Shown: one piece after another, positions 58,901-64,000 of the stretch | Layout of the letters: every line of letters begins with the position of its first letter | Position numbering within the stretch: position 1 is the first letter of the stretch | NCBI GenBank assembly: GCA_904063045.1 | Contig: CAJFCJ010000006.1 | Span: 4,666,408-4,730,407 of the forward strand | Reading direction: 5' to 3' | Length of the DNA stretch: 64,000 nucleotides | DNA from: Dimorphilus gyrociliatus | Lineage: Eukaryota > Animalia > Annelida | The notes under the pieces: model-generated | Databases searched by the model: none | The model's input: the letters and a program-made list of their open reading frames with translations, nothing else | What the model was told of the DNA's origin: nothing | Program-made: the position numbers and the translations under genes

Positions 58901-61900
58901 GGAGCTCCAACACCACCACCAACTATCAAACCACCACCACCAAATTGCAAGGAATCTTTTATCGATTTATTATTTATTGTCGATTCTTCGGCTTCTATTG
59001 AAAAGTCAGGAAAGGGCAATTGGAAAAAATTAATCGGATTTATTCAACAGACCGTCCGAAGCTTGCAAATCGGAACAAACAAAAATCAAATAGCCATTAT
59101 AAATTTTTCGACTAAAACCACTTTAGTTAGATCATTCTCTGCAACTCAAACGAGTGAAGCAGTAGAAGCTGATATACTAAACATAAACTACGACAACCAA
59201 AATACTAATACTGCCGCAGGATTCCAAATGGCTCTTGATCAAGTATTTGGTCAACAGGGTGATAGAAATGATGCTGCTGATGTTGTTATCCTATTAACTG
59301 ATGGAAAACCCAATAAAAATATAAATCAAGCTATTCCAACAGCTAAAAAGCTTCACCAAAGAGATATAAAGGTTGTGCCTATTGGAATCACTGATGGAAT
59401 AAACGAAAATTACTTGAAAGAGTTTTCATCGTTTCCTCAGATAGAAGGAGAATCATACTTCAAATCTCCTGATTTCGATAAAGTATTGGATATTATTACT
59501 GATTTGCTTACTAAAATCTGTTTACCACCGAAACCACCTTTCCCTCCTGTCGTTTGCACAAAGTCTAAGATTGATTTAACCTTTATCGTAGACACTTCAG
59601 CATCAATAAAACGAGCTGATCCTGCAAATTGGGACAAACTTCTTCTTTTCCTAAAGAAAATCGTAAATGCCTATGATATTAGCGATGACTCAAACAAAAT
59701 TGCCATCGTAAGTTATTCAACAAAAACAACTCTAGTACGTTCTTTGGGAGCTACCCAAACGAAAGATGCAGTTTTGACTGATATCGATAATATTCCCTAT
59801 GATAACTTGAATACAAACACTGCAGCTGGGTTGAGACGAACTCGTCAAGATGTTTACAACAAACCAGGCGATCGCGCTGACGCAGCAAATGTTGTTATCC
59901 TCTTTACAGATGGCAAAGCTAACAGAGAATCCAGTAAAACTTTCAGCGAAGCTCTACAACTTCGTTCAGTACCCGCAAAGGTTATAGTTGTCGGTATTAC
60001 TGATGGCGTAAGAGAAAGTGAATTGAAGGGAATTTCATCTCATCCTCAAGAAAAGGGTCAAAACTACTTTATGACTGCCGATTTCGATTCACTGACTAGA
60101 ATTATTTCAACTCTTGTCACTGAGACTTGTGTCACAATAGCACCTCAGCCAACATTGGAAACTTTACCACCTCTTACTACGGTTAAACCAATTGAAAGTA
60201 AGTCAAACTCTAATTAATAGTCCCAAATTCTTATTTATTTATTTTGAAACAGTATGCAAGGACACTAGAATTGATCTTGCCTTTTTGATCGACTCCTCTG
60301 GTTCAATCAAAAAGAGTAATCCCGAAGATGAATCATATGACAACTGGTCTCTGCTTAAGAACTTTGTTAAGAAAATTGTTAATTCCTTGGTTGTTAGTGA
60401 AACAGCCAATCATGTTGGTGTGGTAACCTATTCGGATGATGCAGAAATAGTCTTCAACCTTGAAGAATATTTCTATAAACCCGATATTTTCTGGGCTATT
60501 GACAATATGCCATACCTTGGAGAAAATACTAACACTGCTGACGGTCTAAAGGCAATTAGAGAGGAAATCTTTGGGCAGAATGGTGACAGAGTTGACGCTA
60601 GAAATATTGTCGTTTTAATAACGGACGGTAGATCAAATAGAAAGGTAGACCAAACAAAATTAGAAGCACAGAAACTCATTGCCAGCGGAGCCGAGGTTTG
60701 TCTTTATTTATACAGAAGAATCTTTTACTAACAATAATTTTAATAATTTTCAGGTGATCGTTGTTGGAGTAACACAATTTGTAAAAGTAGAGGAACTTCA
60801 AATGATATCATCTCCACCTCATCGACTTGGTGTTAATTACTTTACAAGTTTGGACTTTAACAAACTTCAAAGTATTATTAAAGTCATTCTTGGCAAAGTT
60901 TGCGGAACAGTCGCCACTTTACCAACCATACCAGATATTCCAACTGATAAAGTAACTTTCCCACCCATAACCAAAGTAACACACGCCGATATGACGACGG
61001 AAAAGAATACATTTATACCACCAACATTACCATCACTTCCACCTGGTAAATAGCCAAAACAGCACTTTAATAAGCTTTAGAAAATCTGTAATATATTTTT
61101 CAGAGTGTATTGACGCAACAATCGATTTAATATTTATTGTTGACACATCCGGATCAATAAAGAAGTCTAATCCTGCAAATTGGGATATTATGCTAACATT
61201 TATCAAACAAATCGTTCAGGTCTTGGACATCGGAAAGGTTAGAGTGGCTATTGTTAGCTATTCTGCAGTACCTACTTTGGTAAGAGATTTATCAGCAACT
61301 CAGACAAGAGAAGCGGTTCTTCAGTAAGTTTATTAAAATTTTTGAAATATATGAATATAATATAAATTTTCTTTAATTAGGGATATAAGTCAAATTCCAT
61401 ACGATGGAAAAAGTACAAATACAGCTTCCGGTTTGGAATTAGCTAGAACAAATGTCATCGGAAAGGCTGGAGATCGACCAGATGCCCTTAATGTTGTAAT
61501 GATACTTACTGATGGCAAATCAAACCGCAGAACTCGTGAGACAATTCCTCAAGCTCAAATGATCAGACTTCTTGGAGCCAAAATCGTTTCCGTTGGAATA
61601 AGCAAGGGAGTAAAAGAATCTGAAGTTAAGCAACTTTCGTCTTTCCCTCAAATTAAGAATGAAGATTATTTCTTGACTCCTGATTTTGAATCTTTATATA
61701 ACATTCTATCACCTCTTGTTGCTAGAACATGTGTTACTCTCCCACCGCAACCAACGGCTGTAACTTTCCCTGAACCAACTTCACAGAAACCGCACGAATC
61801 TTGCCAAGACACTCATATTGACTTGATTATTTTGATCGATGAATCAGGCTCAATTAAAAAGAGCAATCCTGAAGATGGTTCTTATGATAACTGGCAGTTA

Positions 61901-64000
61901 CTCATTAATTTTATTAAGAAAGTTGCTTCCTCCATCGTTATTGGTGAAAATGCTAACCATATATCAATTGCTTCATTCTCCGATAAAGGAAAAGTAGTCT
62001 TTAATTTAGAGGAATACTTTACTATTGGCGACGTACTCTGGTAAGAGAGTGAAATATGTTAGTTAATCTTAGCTATCAAATCTTTTGTTCTCCATCATTT
62101 TAGGGCAATTGATAATCTGGATTATGTTGGTAAGAATACAAACACCGCCGATGGCTTACGCAAGGTAAGAACACAAATTATTGGTAAGGGCGGAGATAGA
62201 CCTGATGCAAGAAATATTGTGCTGGTAATAACTGATGGTAAGCCCAATCGTGAAGTTGATAAGACTGCTGACGAATCTCTAAAGCTTAAAGCAACTGGTG
62301 CTGAGGTTAGTTAAAATATTTAACTGAACTGAAAGAAGTACTCATTTATACTTTGAATCAATTTTAGGTCATCGCCCTAGGAGTAACAAATGATGTTGAT
62401 GATACTGAGTTGAAATTATTATCATCATATCCTAACAAGGAAGGACTTAACTATTATAAGACATTAGATTTCCAGAAATTAAATGAAGCTCTGAATCAAA
62501 TGATAAAGAAAGTCTGTGGTACTCAAGGACCACCTGCACCAACAGTCATTGTACCTACTGTACCACCCGCACCACCAGAGTGTCAATCCACAAAGATCGA
62601 TTTGTGCTTCATAGTTGACACTTCTGCATCAATCCGAAAGAGCAATCCAGCTGATCAATCCTACGATAATTGGCAGATTATGGTTGATTTTATGAAATAC
62701 GTAGTAAACGCTATTGAAATTGGTCCTGATGCAAATCGCGTTGGGGCAGTACGTTTCTCAGAGACGGCTCATCTTGAATTCGATTTGGCCTCACATACAA
62801 GCAAGGAAGATTTACTTCAGTAAGTTTTCCTTCTATTTCTTTTTTTAGAATTGTCATTATCATTTATCTTCACTTTCAGGGCAATTGATAAAATAAAATA
62901 CGATGCATTGAATACAAATATAGCCGCTGGTTTAAGAGTTGCTAACTACGATGTATTTGGTCAACCAAGTAATAGAAAGAACGTAAGAGATGTTGCAATT
63001 CTCTTGACTGATGGAAAGGCTAATAGAGAAGCAAATCAAGTAACTCGTGAAGCAACCAACCTGAAGAAAGCCGGAGTAGAGGTATTTTTAATTATTTATT
63101 ATCAAGCCCATTTCCTATCACTTTTTTTTTGCAGATAATTGCTGTTGGCATAACTCAAAATGTGAATGGTCCTCAGCTAAAAGCCATTTCCTCACCTCCT
63201 CAAATCTTAAATCAGAATTATTACATCACAAATAATTTCTACGATTTATACAAGATTATTGGAGACATATGGAAGGTTGCGTGCGCCACTAAAGGTTAGA
63301 ACTTTGCTTATTTATCAGATAGTATATAACCTACTTTATGTTTGTAGAACCTGTTGAAGAAACCACTCAAGCACCAACAGTGAAACAGACCACAAAACCA
63401 GCTAATCCTTCTACCACGAAAAAGACTCCAAAACCAACCACTGCAGCTCCCAAACCAACTCTTCCATCATGTAATAGCGATTTGCCAGATAAACCAGCTA
63501 AACCAGGTATCACCTTTACACCAGAAAGTGGTTCAACAGAGTTGGAATATGTTTGTGAAATTTCAATCTACGATGAAACTAAAGTAGAAATGTATGTCGA
63601 ATATAAAGTTGAAGGTGTGCCAGTATCTATATCCTCAAAGGTGACTGGTAGAAGTTACAGACTTAAGGCATCAGCAATTAGCCGAACAATAGCCATTTAT
63701 AAACAAAAAGTTCAGTGTTGTGTCAAGGCACGTCATATTGACCAATGCGGTAATATGTATACTGTTGAAGTTTGTAGTGGAGAAATACAACATACATGCC
63801 AAGTTGTTGGCCAGAAAATCAGCGTAATGGAAGGACATGAAGCCCAAATACCAATTAAATGTAACGTTCCGCCTCGATATGTTTGCAATTTAGATAACAG
63901 CGATGTAGATTATGTATCAATTGAAACTGAAATGGAAGTACAAACGAACGAATTCTATTGCAATAAAAAGCCTATACCACAATATGTCTACGGTAAAGCT
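37991..64000 (+). CDS. Giant multi-exon extracellular mosaic protein (>7,000 aa, 5' and 3' partial): 2 uncharacterised beta-sandwiches, 2 PAN/apple, 6 LamG, 4 VWDE-like modules (VWD + Cys-rich + EGF + IPT-like), C-type lectin, 8 VWA, and the start of a fifth module
   Basis: A continuous chain of + strand exons separated by about 50 short GT-AG introns; frames join where checked (e.g. 39962-40043, 51534-51599, 55319-55390). The first visible exon begins at a phase-1 acceptor at 37991. No signal-peptide exon was found, and it may lie in the gap. The reading frame is still open at 64000. Confidence 0.88.
40990..54400 (+). other. Four VWD-EGF modules (VWDE-like) within the giant gene
   Basis: C.S.(N/G)DPH..TFD...(H/Y)..GEF.LY motifs at about 41030, 45050, 48680 and 52710. 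Each is followed by GLCG.Y, a Cys-rich region, and an EGF (C..CS.NG.C..G.C.C..G..G.DC). Confidence 0.88.
55391..55816 (+). other. C-type lectin-like domain on a single symmetric phase 1-1 exon
   Basis: CPLGWVAIAGWCY...C...AKLA...WKVGL...RWLPGQP...DCIQI...C......C. Confidence 0.8.
57295..63294 (+). other. Tandem array of eight VWA domains with Pro/Thr-rich linkers
   Basis: D(L/I).F(I/L).D.S.S motifs at about 57305, 58105, 58960, 59570, 60270, 61120, 61815 and 62595, each with downstream TNT(A) and (L/F/I)TDG MIDAS elements. The first domain is degenerate (DGSNK). Confidence 0.9.

Noticed and set aside
38482-60679. Many minus-strand ORFs
   Set aside because: Antisense shadows of the giant + strand gene.
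1-64000. CRISPR arrays, tRNAs, transposases, bacterial contamination or operons
   Set aside because: None seen. The genes have spliceosomal introns and separate promoter-like regions, and the only tandem repeats are microsatellites and protein-domain duplications.

Overview
This is eukaryotic (animal, spiralian-type) genomic DNA. It is AT-rich and gene-dense, with mostly 55-90 nt GT-AG introns. That pattern fits a miniaturised invertebrate genome such as the annelid Dimorphilus; this is an inference and not proven. Contents from left to right: a 5S rRNA gene and a U5 snRNA gene about 0.8 kb apart; a Dmrt93B-type DM/DMA transcription factor with an unusually long 3.66 kb intron; a convergent PPM1E/F (FEM-2-like) PP2C phosphatase; a secreted 1336-aa protein with four Ig + Cys-rich (ZPBP-like) units, head-to-head with an orphan type-I membrane protein; an 869-aa Ubl-Ubl-TIR-pseudoTIR-SLOG protein; a tandem cNMP-binding protein; a PP1 glycogen-targeting subunit; MsrB; fuseless; a 902-nt assembly gap; and a giant (>7,000 aa, open at the window end) mosaic extracellular protein (PAN, 6 LamG, 4 VWD/EGF modules, C-type lectin, 8 VWA). 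The best candidate for an undescribed system is the single-chain TIR + SLOG protein, which unites the signal-making and signal-sensing domain types of bacterial type I Thoeris in one animal gene. The giant VWD/VWA mosaic protein and the tetra-ZPBP-like protein come next. Exon boundaries were read by eye and checked for frame; domain calls come from motif recognition, not database searches. No CRISPR array, tRNA or transposase was found.
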